Positions 26,080 to 38,265 of a DNA stretch of 64,000 nt are shown here, in pieces. Source of the stretch: Octopus sinensis (lineage: Eukaryota); assembly GCF_006345805.1 (NCBI RefSeq), contig NC_043013.1:43958001-44022000 (forward strand). The letters run 5' to 3'. The first letter of the stretch is position 1, and the number at the start of each line of letters is the position of its first letter. A program made the translations under genes and the position numbers. Below the pieces are notes generated by a model. The model was given only the letters and a program-made list of their open reading frames with translations. It searched no databases and was not told where the DNA came from.

Positions 26080-26393
26080 TTAAAATGGCATTTGTATAAA
26101 GGCAAAGCTATTCCCTTAAAACACAAACTCTGACATATTTGGGTGCTATAAAGATTCACATTAGTAATGCATGTGTTATGTGCTTTCAATCAATGTAAAA
26201 AAAAAGATTAATCTAATTACAAATAGAGGAACCAGGGTTAAATTTGAAAGTTTTATGTATCAACTCCACAGCTCTATATTTCTTGAGGATTGCTAGGTAT
26301 TAGATAGCTTGGCACAGCTGCCTTATAGCTCCACCCATTGCTTATTCGATACTGACTTATTTGACATCAGATGTTTTACTGTTTCTCTCTCTC

Positions 26394-26427
<34 letters not shown>

Positions 26428-26429
26428 CT

Positions 26430-26482
<53 letters not shown>

Positions 26483-27039
26483 ATATCAATTTTTTTTGGC
26501 TGCTATTTCTACTAAGTTCAGTATGTGGCAAAGTAATTTATTTTACTAAGCCCTAATTATATATATATATAACATGTATTTCTTCATGTGTGTGTGTTTA
26601 CTTCCAGTGCCCAAACAAGTTGAATGTCCGGTCAAACCATGCTAAATCATCAGTGTCCATACAGCTGCACCTCTTCATCTCATTCTGAAGATTGCTGCAT
26701 TGTTATTATTTAGTTATATAATCAAATGGAACAATTATCAAAAGCAATCCATCAATGCTCACTCTGTCCATTTAAAAACTTTTTTTACATCAGACACAAG
26801 TGTATTTAGGAAATTGCCCATTGTGTACTTACATCTCTTTATTTTAAGTCTATAGGGTATGATTCTGAGGGAAAGTTAGCTGTTATTAATCACAAGTTGA
26901 GTGACTGCATTGAGGTCTCCTTATTTGTTCAAGTTTCTACTGGTGTTGTTTTAAAAGAACTGGAACCATATTGTATGGTTCTACATAGTTCCAGTAATGT
27001 AGGGGTTGCTACTAAAATGTATTTGTAAACCAGAGAATG

Positions 27040-27260
27040 GGCGGGCAGCTGAAGACCTGGGTTACGACGATCAAGGAGGACCTCTCCATGCTCACGGGAC
27101 CACAGGTGGTCGGCCTGCACCGATGGAACCGTGACTGGCTCGCTATCTCTAGTGAACTGGCGCAGGACCGTCGTGCTTGGGCTGCCATGGTTCGAGATGC
27201 CTCGAGGGTGGTGGAAGAAGCCGACTCAACCCGCCCAGGGTGAATGTCGCCACAAATACA
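27040..27260 (+). mobile_element. 5'-truncated RTE-clade LINE (second family)
   Basis: GGQLKTW..TIKEDL...ELAQDRRAW (RTE C-terminal motifs); TSD AGAGAATG at 27032-27039 and 27261-27268; GC-rich relative to flanks. Confidence 0.88.
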
Positions 27261-27527
27261 AGAGAATGTAATGCATTTTGTTTGTCAAAATTAGATGAGA
27301 AAATAAGTGATTTTAGAGGGTTGTTGTGAGGGTTTCCTGAAATATTTCTCTGTGTTTGTAGTTGTAAGCATGTTTGGAAGATGAAACTATGACAGGTTTA
27401 AAATGTAATTGCTTAGTACCAGATCAATTTCACTGAAACCTTTGATAATAACCATTTGAATCAACATCACCTAATCCTTTTTTATTTACTATATTTATAC
27501 TTTTTAATGCTTTAATTTATTAAGAAC

Positions 27528-27530
<3 letters not shown>

Positions 27531-27576
<46 letters not shown>

Positions 27577-27675
27577 TATATATATATTGTAATATAGATC
27601 AAATCGTTTCATCTGAGGATAGGCTAAAATTCAGAGCTTAAGCTGCATTGCATAATGAGAAAAGCAGAAAGCATA

Positions 27676-27724
<49 letters not shown>

Positions 27725-27751
27725 ATATATATATACACATATATATATATA

Positions 27752-27801
<50 letters not shown>

Positions 27802-27830
27802 ATATACATACATACATACATACACATGTA
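27531..27830. repeat. (TA)n/(TG)n/(TACA)n microsatellite cluster
   Basis: Direct reading. Confidence 0.95.
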
Positions 27831-28564
27831 TATCTTTTACCATTTACTTGATAGTTATTAGACTGTGGCTATGGTGGGACACCAACGAAGAATTTTTTTT
27901 AGTTGAGTTTAGTACTTTTTGGGGGAAAGTCAGGTACTTTTTCTACAAGGACTTTTTTTTTTTTTGCGAAACTGCCAAGTACATACATCCACATGTACAA
28001 AAATGAAATTAATTCTGAATAACTTTCGTATCTTAATGTGTGGAGAAAATGACTAGTGGATATAACATGAAACTACCATGAACATGAAGGACTTGAGATC
28101 AAACTCAGTTCAGTTGTTTCACTTCTTCTTAGATCAACATACTTTATTTCACACAAACTTAATTCAAAGTATGAAAATTTATTTACAGATTTGCTGTAAC
28201 ATAATAATAGTTACTGCACTAAATTTCATGCCAATGGCATCCACGAGTAATTTCTCCAAATATCTTAGAAATTCCATGTACAATGCACTGTTTTTTTCTT
28301 TCTTTCTTTTACCAACATCAATATTACAATTAGGGGTGCATGTAATACATGCAAAGGATTTCTTTTATCCTTTACTTGTTTCAGTCATTAGACTGCAGCC
28401 AATGAATCGACCCCAGTACTTATTGTTTTATTAAACCTGGTACTTACTCTATCGGTCTCTTTTGACAAAGCACTAAGTTATGAGGAGATAAACACACCAA
28501 CATTGGTTGTCAAATGATGGTGGGGGACAAAGACACACACAGACATATATATATATATATATAA

Positions 28565-28761
28565 ATGTGACCTAGTGTGTACCGTTGGTGATTTTTTTCC
28601 TCTGTCTTCCCTACTCTGGATCTTTCCTTCTCCTATGTTTCCGACGAAGAGCTCCGCTCGAAACGTTAAAGCCTCCTTCTTTCCTTAGCGTCCAATAATA
28701 CTATATTTGTTCCATGTCCTTGCGTTGTTGTGTTTTTTTGTGCTTTCTTGTTTGGATTAAC

Positions 28762-28765
<4 letters not shown>
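28565..28765 (+). mobile_element. Short Penelope-like repeat (HHR family H2) inserted in (TA)n
   Basis: Non-SINE ~200 bp flanked on both sides by (TA)n; contains HHR-like motif. Confidence 0.55.
28638..28670 (+). ncRNA. Minimal hammerhead-like motif (U4C)
   Basis: TTT-CCGACGA-A-GAGC-TCC-GCTC-GAAA-C-GT-T-AAA. Confidence 0.55.
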
Positions 28766-28813
<48 letters not shown>

Positions 28814-29393
28814 ATAGGTTTCTTTCAGTTTCTGTCTACTAAATCTACCCACAAAGCTTTGGTTGGCCCAAGGATATAGCAGAAGACATTTATTCAAGGT
28901 GCCACATAGTGGGACTAAACCCAGAACCATGTGGTTGCAAAGCTAACTTCGTACCACACAACCACACTTGCACCTATTTCCCCACTCACTTTTAAGAGGT
29001 AAAAACACAATAATGTAAAAAGGATTTACTATTTTCTCAATTTTTTTAAGAATTTATTATACATCAATTTATTTTATATAAAACGAAGTACTGTATTTGA
29101 TGGCATTTAAGATGGATTTTTTTTCAAAAAAAATCTATCAAAGAATTCCCCCATGTTCTATATGCAAAGTTGGGCCTCCTATGAGCTAATTTTGTTTCTA
29201 GTGCTCACTTTTTGCTGAAGATATACTACTAAAATTAGAGTCTGCTTAAGTTGCCTGTGTGTCTTTTATGCTGCCAAATACAGTATCTTAATCTAATATG
29301 GTTCAAAATGATACAAAAAGCAAGAGTTAGAGACAGGTTAGGGAACAACAAACAGGGTGTATTAATTTGACGCCCAGGAAAAATGAAAGAAGT

Positions 29394-29429
29394 CTTTGAC
29401 ATTTCGAGCTTATGCTCTTCTACAGAAAG
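29394..29429 (-). ncRNA. Minimal hammerhead-like motif, degenerate core (family H3)
   Basis: CTTT-CTGTAGA-A-GAGC-ATAA-GCTC-GAAA-T-GTC-AAAG; stems I and II perfect, GUC triplet, A6U. Confidence 0.5.
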
Positions 29430-30115
29430 GAATGAGGAGAGAACACAGATGAGGAGAGGAAAAAAACCTTAATATATTGGTTTATAGTTGACTATCTACT
29501 CTTGAAGCAGTTGTATAATATTTTATATCACCTGTATAGTGTTATATGGTTTGTTACAAAATTAAAATGCAAGGATCAAGGTGTGTATTACATATGATAG
29601 TGTATTATGCATGGACTTTACATGGCAAATCATTCTCCAAAATATACTAATTTACTATGCTGACTAGTGTACAATATTGTACATTTATTTCAAGAGGCTT
29701 TTGTCACTACTTCAGCAAGTCTGTTTTACTGAGGAGGTCTAATAACACTGATGAAATAAATCTACAAGTTGTTGCTTGCACTAACCAAAATAATTAAGAT
29801 AGTCATTGAATAATATTGTCTTTTTCTCATTACACAGTTATTTCTAATTAACATTTTAATACTTGCTGAGTTAAATATGGTAACACTAACTTGACTACTG
29901 TTTTTTCCATGTAGATTGCATCCCTGAGGAATTTCTTTTTTTTTTTTTACATATTTCTATTTCAGTTAACTGTGAGAGAATTAATATCAGATTTTTTTTT
30001 AGGAATATCCGTTATAATGTTTTGAATACAAACATTCTCATTGCGACCCCCCCCCTTCAGAAATTTTCTGCAAATTCTGCTAACATTCTTTTCAATATTT
30101 CATATTTTTCATTTG

Positions 30116-30227
30116 TAAGGTATTTTTTGATGTTATCGTTAATGTTATTGTTCAGGTTACTGCTTGGAATCGAACTCAGAATCTTGGGCTTAGTAGCCCG
30201 TGCCCTTAACCACTACGCCATATGCCC
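30116..30227 (-). mobile_element. SINE family D, 5' part only
   Basis: Reverse complement GGGCATATGGCGTAGTGGTTAAG...GAGTTCGATTCCAAGCAG, matches 16569-16675. Confidence 0.85.
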
Positions 30228-30344
30228 GTGAGAATATAATTGTCATATAATAGACTAGATATATCATTGCCTAAATGGAAAGATTTGATATCGACATGAA
30301 ATGATAATAATCCTTCTTAGTATGGGCACAAGGCTTGAAATGTT

Positions 30345-30473
30345 AAGGGGAGTGAGAAGTCGATTACCTCAACCTCAGTATTTATTTTATCGACCCAGAA
30401 AGGATGAAAAGTAAAGTTGACCTTGTCAACATTTGAATAATGATAATAATAATAATAATAATAATAAAATAAT

Positions 30474-30508
<35 letters not shown>

Positions 30509-30730
30509 TGATGATGATGATGATGATCTCAAATTTTGGCACAAGGCCAGCAATTTCAGGGGAGGAGATAAGGTGATTACATCAAGCCCAGTGTTTAACT
30601 GGTACTTATTTTATCAACCCGAAAGGATGAAAGGCAAAGTTGACCTCAACAGAACTTTAACTCAGAATGTGAAGACAGACAATATACCGCCATGCATTTT
30701 GCCAAGCGTGCTAACCATTCTGCCAGCTTA
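30345..30730 (-). mobile_element. Two SINE family C fragments separated by (AAT)n(GAT)n
   Basis: GAAAGGATGAAAGGCAAAGTTGACCT motif twice; microsatellite 30437-30527. Confidence 0.75.
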
Positions 30731-31184
30731 AGAAGAAAAAGACAATAATAATAATAATAATAGTCTGTAATTATCCAGAGAAAGATTTTATTTCCTTAAT
30801 GCAGTGAAACCCAAAGCACCAGTCCATATTACTATATAAGCATCTCAATGAATCTGAGAGAACTTGTATGTTTTTATGTTATAAAGTGGGTTACACTTAA
30901 AATTGCTTTTATAAGGGGTGGCTCCAAATATGTGAGTGTTTTATTAAATCGTGGCCTAAGTATATGTAGAAGTTTTCTTAATGCGTTTGTCTCTGAGTTA
31001 AGTGTTGTGTTTCGTTATGCGTAGTGACTGCATCTTGGGTATCTTTGACTGAATCTAGGTTGTCTTGTCCTTAATGCAGGATGTTTTTATTTATTTATTT
31101 ATTTAGTTTTAGGTTTTTGTTCATAAATGTTTAATGCTAGTCTGGCATGAATTGTTTAGGTTGCATGTGGCTGAGGATGATGCC

Positions 31185-31400
31185 TGTGTGAGAAAACAGT
31201 AAGGACAGGAGTGGTGAAGGGTGGCATCAGCTGTGTAGGCGTGGGTTTTGTTTAGAAGAAGCTTGTTAATGGAGAGAAGGAAAACTGTGGGAGATAAACC
31301 TGAACCCTGAGGCATACAGAAGTTTGATAGAACACGAGTTGAGGAGAACAGCACTGACACATGCTGTTGCGGATTTGTCTGACAGGAAATTTCTGATTGA
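31185..31400 (-). pseudogene. Non-LTR reverse-transcriptase fragment (CR1/L2/Jockey group)
   Basis: MPQGSGLSPTVFLLSINKLL...HAYTADATLH = degenerate PQGS.LSP.LF..IN.L and YADD motifs. Confidence 0.7.
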
Positions 31401-32661
31401 AACATTGGGAAACAGGTTGTTTTTTGGGGTTTTTTTTCTCCTCAGGGCAACCCTGATCTATGATCAAAGGCATTGATCAACAGTCAACATTCAATCTCAT
31501 TTTCAAGCATAGTGTATCTGAGACTTTATTGTCCTATGTAACCTCCAATTTTTTAACATGACAGGGCACAATTTGAAAAGTGAGTTTGCTGCTATTTCTA
31601 GCCAAATAGTGGGGCTTGGAGAGAAAGAGTGAGATGGAGCAAGAGGTGGGCAAGTTTTCCTGTTTCTTGGCTGAAGACTTTGTTGGTGCCAGAGGTATCA
31701 TCAGCATTACTTCCACCAATGTTTTCTGGGAAGAGATATAGCCCCCTTTGATAGAAGCTTTACTTGGAGGTCTTCAACTGGGTAAGAAACTGAAGTTGTT
31801 GCTGTTGTTGTTGTTGGTTAGACCTAGGTCAACCCTGACTGACCCAGTCTTATTAGAGGTGTTCCGTTTGTAACTATTCCACCTATTTTTCAGATGAAGT
31901 CAGGGTTACTTTGTCCAATTTATCAAGCAGTCATGTAAATGCCTCCCTCATTGACTCAGATTAGTTGTATAGTCCATGCAGAACCCATCTTGGATCGACA
32001 GTGTTCAGGCCATGACCATCCAGTCTATTTCCCAGGTATTGCATATCCAAGACTACATTATTCAATACATCCTTTGCCTTTCAAGATGTTATTGATTTTG
32101 ATTTTTGATTTTTCCAGTTTCAGCTAATGAGCTGTGGCCATGCTGGGGCACCATGCTGGGGCGGTTATGGTATACTTTGAGGGTGAACTGACTGCTATTC
32201 CTAGCAGTTTGAGCAACCACATGGAGGTCCACAAATAGGCCATTTTCTTTATCTTTTAGTCAGGTGGAAAGACAGTGCCCATGACCCTTTACAGGGCCTC
32301 CAAAGAAAGGAAGGAGGAAAGTTGCTTTAAACCAGAGATATGGCCCAAATGTTTAAAACCGAGATCTCTGCTTGATACACTCAAGGTACCAGGTAATGGA
32401 TTCAGTCGACCATTCTATGATTCGGCAGACCTACGATCAAAGGCATTCCAGCCATGACCATTCCATCTTGTATATCTAGTACTATGCTGTCCAGTGTATC
32501 TTTGTTGTAAGATGAGAGGGTGTTTTGGCTATTATTTCTAACAGAAGAGTGTCTTTTATTATATTATAGTTTCCATCAATTTTGCAAGGTTTCTTAGCAG
32601 GCAAAATAGTTTTCTTTCTACTTTGACAGCAATAATTTCTATCAAATGCTAATTCTTTTCT

Positions 32662-32975
32662 TTTTATTCTTTTACTCTTTTACTTGTTTCAGTCATTTGA
32701 CTGAGGCCATGCTGGAGCACCGCCTTTAGTCGAGCAAATCGACCTCAGGACTTACTCTTTGGAAGCCTAGTACTTATTCTATCAGTCTCTTTTACTGAAC
32801 TACTAAGTTACGGGGACGTAAACACACCAGCATCGGTTGTCAAGCGATGTTGGGGGGCACAAACACAGACACACACACACATATATATACATATATACGG
32901 CGGGATTATTTCAGTTTCCGTCTACCAAATCCACTCACAAGGCTTTGGTTGACCCGAGGCTATAGTAGAAGACGT
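32662..32975 (-). mobile_element. SINE family A, headless
   Basis: Homologous to 45440-45820. Confidence 0.85.
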
Positions 32976-33272
32976 AGTTTTTGCCTATCTTCACTTTTAT
33001 ATTGATTGTGATATCTTCCCTATGTCCCTGTCGATGGATTGGATTTTCTTGAAATAAGACCAACCAACCAGCCAACCATTCTTAATATTGCAACCAATAC
33101 TACTACCATATGTCGTTGTACAGATGACATATTTAATTTAGACATTATTTTCTTTTTAAATCTAAATTTGATGATGTTTAAAAGGTGTTTTGTAGCAGAA
33201 AGCAGCTATTAAAGTTAGGTTTGAACTATATATAAGAAGGCTGTGTTTGTTCTGTATGATTGCAAAACTTAA

Positions 33273-33492
33273 CCCTTTTGATACCAGCCTGGCCAAAACT
33301 GCCTCTGGCTCTGTAGTACAAATATCTTGTTTTCCTAAGTTTGAATTAAAATCTTCTACCAAACCTTAGTCACAATTTATGTTCCAAACTCTAGCTTAAT
33401 GATAACTAAGTTATTTTACTAAATTCTTTGTTATATTTAAAATATTTGAAAGAAACACAGAACATTTCAAAATAAATACGGTAACGAAAGGG
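33273..33492 (+). mobile_element. piggyBac-like MITE P1
   Basis: TTAA|CCCTTTTGATACC...GTAACGAAAGGG|TTGT (right TSD mutated). Confidence 0.85.
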
Positions 33493-34178
33493 TTGTAATT
33501 GTCATTGAATATTTGCAGTGCAGAAACAAAGTTGCAAAAGAAAAGAAAAGGAAATTGAAGTTTTTTTTTTTCATAAAGATAATCAGTTTAATCAAACACT
33601 ACAATATGTATTATGCATATTTCAGGCCCAAACAAATCTATTACCATAGCTTGCTACAACAGTTCTAGATATATAAGTGTCTAAGTACATTTGTGTTGTT
33701 TTTTACATCCTTTTTGTTCATGCTAACTTGGGTAAGACATCTTTTGTTGGAGCAGTGTTTGTTGTTTAGCTTCAGTAGACTAGTGACCAAAGGCATTCTG
33801 GTTGTGACCATCCAGCCTTTTGTATATTTATGACTATAATGTCAGATGTATCCTTTTTTTTTTTTAAGATGGTACCAGATAATGGATTCAGTCGACCATC
33901 CTATGATTCAGCAGACCTACGATCAAAGGCATTCCAGCCATGACCATTCCATTTGAAGGAAATTTTCCTTCTAATTTCAGCAGTTTAAATGACCACATGG
34001 CACATGGAGTATATGTTTTACAGCTAGATTACTTTACTGGTAATCCCTTAACCCACAGTGAAGCTGGAATATTGAAACCAGTTGTTAGTTAGGTACACTG
34101 ACGAAAATAAAAAGGATCCATTTGACATTATAGTCATAGATATACAAAAATGTCTTTAAAAAACCCTCCGAAACTTTG

Positions 34179-34601
34179 CATATATCCAGTAAATCTATGA
34201 TCTAAGTCATTCCAGCTGTGACCATTCTGTCTTATTTTCATATATAGTGTCTCTAGAACTATATTATTCAGAGAGTCATTCTTTTCTAAACCAGAAGGGT
34301 GTGATTTGAAGGAGATTTGGTTGCTATTTCTAGCAAGATATGTGACTACTTAGGGACTTAGTAATTGTTTTTTTACTTTTGTTTTAAGATGAATGTCATT
34401 GATGTTAATGATTTTTTTTTTTTTTTTGCTATAGAGTCCTAGTTAATTGTCTAAGAATATCTTATTTTCTCACAGTGGAAAAGTTGATGTTCATAACCCA
34501 TCACTGATGGCTCAGTCTACTCTGTTGAAAATAGTTAACATGGAGAGAAGTGATACAGGTTACAGTCAGATGGAGTTGGGGCACTTCAGTTGATGAGTTT
34601 A
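34179..34601 (+). repeat. ~420-bp direct duplication, copy 1
   Basis: Highly similar to 37850-38265. Confidence 0.95.
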
Positions 34602-35541
34602 CAGTTGCATGGGGCTGAATCAAGCTGTTTTAAATAATATATGTAACTCTTACTGAATGTATTGAGTACCTTTTTTTTTTCATTTGTCCACACATTTGTA
34701 TGTGTGTGTAGCTGTGTGTGTGTGTAAATATAACAGTACAAAGCATCTGAGTTCAAATCCTGTTGCGATCAACTTTGCCTTTCATCCTTTTGCAGTGAGA
34801 TTTAGTGTGGCCTCACATCAGAGTTAGTAATTCTTATTTTTATAATTTACACTCAAGTGTGTCATTTTTTAACTAGCATTTTTTTTCTTGGCTATTTAGT
34901 TTAGTAAATTGCTTCTCTGTATATGAGTATGTATATATGATGTATATATGCATAGACAGATATATCCACTCCCTGATACAAATCTGCAAGCATATATGTA
35001 TTTATTAATGATGCACATGCACATGGATGCATACACAAATGCACATGCTTGTTCTCTCTCTCCATTCCTATATATCCTTATTAACCTCTTTCTTCATCTA
35101 CCTCTATCCTCCCCTCCAGTTTATCTTCAATAAAAGCAATGCCATTTTATTTGTAATGTGTGATTTAATGGTGATATATACACAGGGTAGCATAGTGATT
35201 GTAATAAATAGCATAGAATGGTAGATAGATGACATAAAAAGGTAGTAATGGGTGTTGATAGTGCAGAAGAATGGAGGGTAATAATAATTTTTATGCTCTT
35301 GTGAAATGCAGTAATGCCTGAAATTTTGTTCTCTTACTTAGAGAGATCAATCAGTTAGTCATATTTATCTCTCTAGCATGTCATATATTTATATTTTTGT
35401 GCATGTGTGTGGCCATATGTATATATGTACGTATATGGGCCTATGGACTGTAGGTAAGTATATCTTCGCAGCAATGTAGTTGAGTGGTGTACATGCATGA
35501 GAGAGAGAATTAGTAGTAAAGCATGAGTAGGTACTGTAGTT

Positions 35542-35627
35542 CTATGATGTAGGTATTGTGGCACTATGATGTAGGTATTAAAGCACCATGAGGTAGGTAT
35601 TATAATACCATGAGGTAGGTATTATAG
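35542..35627. repeat. 22-bp tandem repeat x4
   Basis: C(T/C)ATGA(T/G)GTAGGTATT-6nt units. Confidence 0.9.
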
Positions 35628-35856
35628 CCTCTCAGGGGAGTTGAGGTATAATATTGTGTGTGTGTGTGGTGTGTCTGTGTGGTACTGTCAGCTGTAACAT
35701 AAAATTTGCTTTGGTTTTTTGAAACCAGGATTATTTACAACAATATATATATGTATATATATATATATATGTATGTATATATATATATGTATGTATGTAT
35801 ATTATGTATGTATATATATATATATATGTATGTATATATATATATATGTGTATGTA

Positions 35857-35889
<33 letters not shown>

Positions 35890-36640
35890 TATTGTGTCTC
35901 TATATTTTAGACTTGGCATCTGGAGAGTGATGGTGTTTGCCCTTTGGATCTCCATGGTGTCATAATCTTCCTTCATCTGGCCCTTGGATGGTGATAAGAA
36001 TTGTACCAACTTAAAACGACAGTGCATGCTCATAGTTGATTATATATTAATACCTAGGATAACAAATGGTTATTAGAAAGCAAAAGTAAAGTAGATGGAA
36101 TATAACTATAAAAAGTTCAGAAAGTAATATCAGTTAGAGCAGAAAGATCTGTTAGGGCTCTACCTGAACCATCACATCTCTCCTTTTCCTCAAGACAAAC
36201 TATGTCATTAACCCAAACTGGAATAAATTTCATGCTTTGACAATAAAAAATTTCGGCATTTGTCAGAGAAAGGAAGAAATGTCAACTATTGATAGCTTTC
36301 TCTTTTCTCTCTGATAAATAGTTTTTCCTAAAACATTAGATTCCTCTCTTGGGCCTCATGTCAACTATTTATTGAAAGCTGATAAAGGATTGTATCCGAA
36401 ACGTCTGACTTCTTTCTTACTCATAACATAAAATATATTAGATTGTTTAAACCAGGGGCAAAACTCAAATTCTTGGAAGTAATGAGGGCTTGTTAGACAT
36501 AAGTAAAAATTATATGATAAAACAAGTTCCTTGTTATGACAGAAATTTTTGTTCTGGCTTGAGGAGGCAGTCAAAAAGTTGCTGCCTTTTGCAACAACCT
36601 ACCTCTGCAAACAAGGATATTCCACTCTACTGAACATTAA

Positions 36641-36851
36641 CCCTTTAGCATTCAGATTTCTTTGTGAAATTTATTGCTTATTTAATTCATACTGTTTTGA
36701 ATTAATCACATATTATTTTACAACCTCAAAATTTAAATGGTGTGGCTATATATTTTTAAAATGACATTGTAGGGTAGGTGTGAGAGGTTGGATCCAGACA
36801 GTTTTAAATTAAAACAGGTGGAATATTTGGGCTGGATTAAATGCTAAAGGG
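36641..36851 (+). mobile_element. piggyBac-like MITE P2
   Basis: TTAA|CCCTTTAGCATT...AATGCTAAAGGG|TTAA. Confidence 0.88.
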
Positions 36852-37020
36852 TTAAAAACAAAGCAGAGTAATTGATTGGACCCTGAATTGTTCTAGCATC
36901 AAAATGCCCCAATTCTGACGTAACTGTAACAACAATGAAACATCATTTCTCCAAAACCTGGAGTGGAAAAGTTTCTAGAAATATCCTTTTGTTTCATAAT
37001 GAGGATATTAATTTATTTTA

Positions 37021-37412
37021 TCGCATTTCTTTTATAATTTTTATATTTATAATTGTATTCTCCATATAAATAAATTCAACAAACCTTTTGAATTCAAAGA
37101 ATCAATGATTTTCTTCCTTTCAAACTAAGGGAGTAACATTGGAGTAGATAAATATATTTTGGGGGTATTTGTTAAAAAGGTTTCTTGACCCCTGATTTAA
37201 ACTATTTCTATTTGTCTCGCATTTCTTTTATAATTTTTATATTCATAATTGTATTCTCCATATAAATAAATTCAACAAACCTTTTGAATTCAAAGAATCA
37301 ATGATTTTCTTCCTTTCAAACCAAGGGAGTATCATTGGAGTAAATAAATATATTTTGGGGGTATTTGTTAAAAAATTTTCTTGACCCCTGATTTAAACTA
37401 TTTCTATTTGTC
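37021..37412. repeat. 196-bp tandem duplication
   Basis: 37021-37216 and 37217-37412, few substitutions. Confidence 0.95.
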
Positions 37413-37849
37413 TGATGTAAAGCATTTCTACTTTCTTTGGATTCTGTTACTTCATAAACTTAGATCGCCCTGTAAACTTCTTGTATTTAACCGTTTGGCA
37501 ATGAAAGACCATCACAAGTCCATTTGTATTCAGTTGTTTTATTTCAATGGATTCTTAGTTTATATAGTTAGTTAAATAACTATATAAATAGATTGTTGGT
37601 TAAATGCTGATAGCATATAAATTCATTTATCGGAGATTCGTAGAGGAGAGCAAAATAATAGAGGATAAATAGAGAAAAAGACATATTGAACTACTGATTG
37701 GCAAGGACTTTGAGAAGAAACCTATTCTCTTCTGACTATTCAATCATTATTGATTGAGGGGGATTTAGCTGTTGTTTCTAGCAGGTTTGGTAACCAAGCA
37801 GAGCAACACTGGTGATGTTATTGGTTATTGTTTAGCCAATGACTTTAAT

Positions 37850-38265
37850 CATATATCCAGTAAATCTATGATCCAAGTCATTCCAGCTGTGACCATTCTG
37901 TCTTATTTTCATATATAGTGTCTCTAGAACTATATTATTCAGAGAGTCATTCTTTTTATAAACCAGAAGGGTGTGATTTGAAGGAGATTTGGTTGCTATT
38001 TCTAGCAAGATATGTGACTATTTCGGGACTTAGTCATTGTTTTTTTTCTTTTGTTTTAAGATGAATGTCATTGATGTTAATGATTTTTTTCCCTATAGAG
38101 TCCTAGTTAATTGTCTAGGAATATCTTATTTTCTCACAGTGGAAAAGTTGATGTTCGTAACCCATCACTGATGGCTCAGTCTACTCGGTTGTAAATAGTT
38201 AACATGGAGAGAAGTGATACAGGTTACAGTCAGATGGAGTTGGGGCACTTCAGTTGATGAGTTTA
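37850..38265 (+). repeat. ~420-bp direct duplication, copy 2
   Basis: Highly similar to 34179-34601. Confidence 0.95.

Larger units (their letters stand above)
28366..28975 (-). mobile_element. SINE family A interrupted in its TA linker
   Basis: 3' body 28366-28562, 5' body/head 28805-28975, insert between. Confidence 0.8.
31430..34350 (+). repeat. Cluster of fragments of an unclassified interspersed repeat (family G)
   Basis: Recurrent GACCTA(T/C)GATCAAAGGCATTCCAGCC.TGACC and GGAGATTTGG.TGCTATTTCTAGC motifs; also at ~17150, 24150, 37860, 54300, 61080. Confidence 0.65.

Noticed and set aside
34477-34560. Exon-like segment inside the 420-bp duplication (TTCTCACAG| acceptor)
   Set aside because: The open frame in copy 1 is broken by TAA in copy 2; the minus-strand alternative has stops in all frames
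35586-35627. TGAGGTAG resembles the let-7 5' end
   Set aside because: Part of a 22-bp direct tandem repeat; the rest does not match let-7 and there is no precursor hairpin
35542-35627. CRISPR-like short repeats
   Set aside because: Spacers only ~6 nt, eukaryotic context, no cas genes
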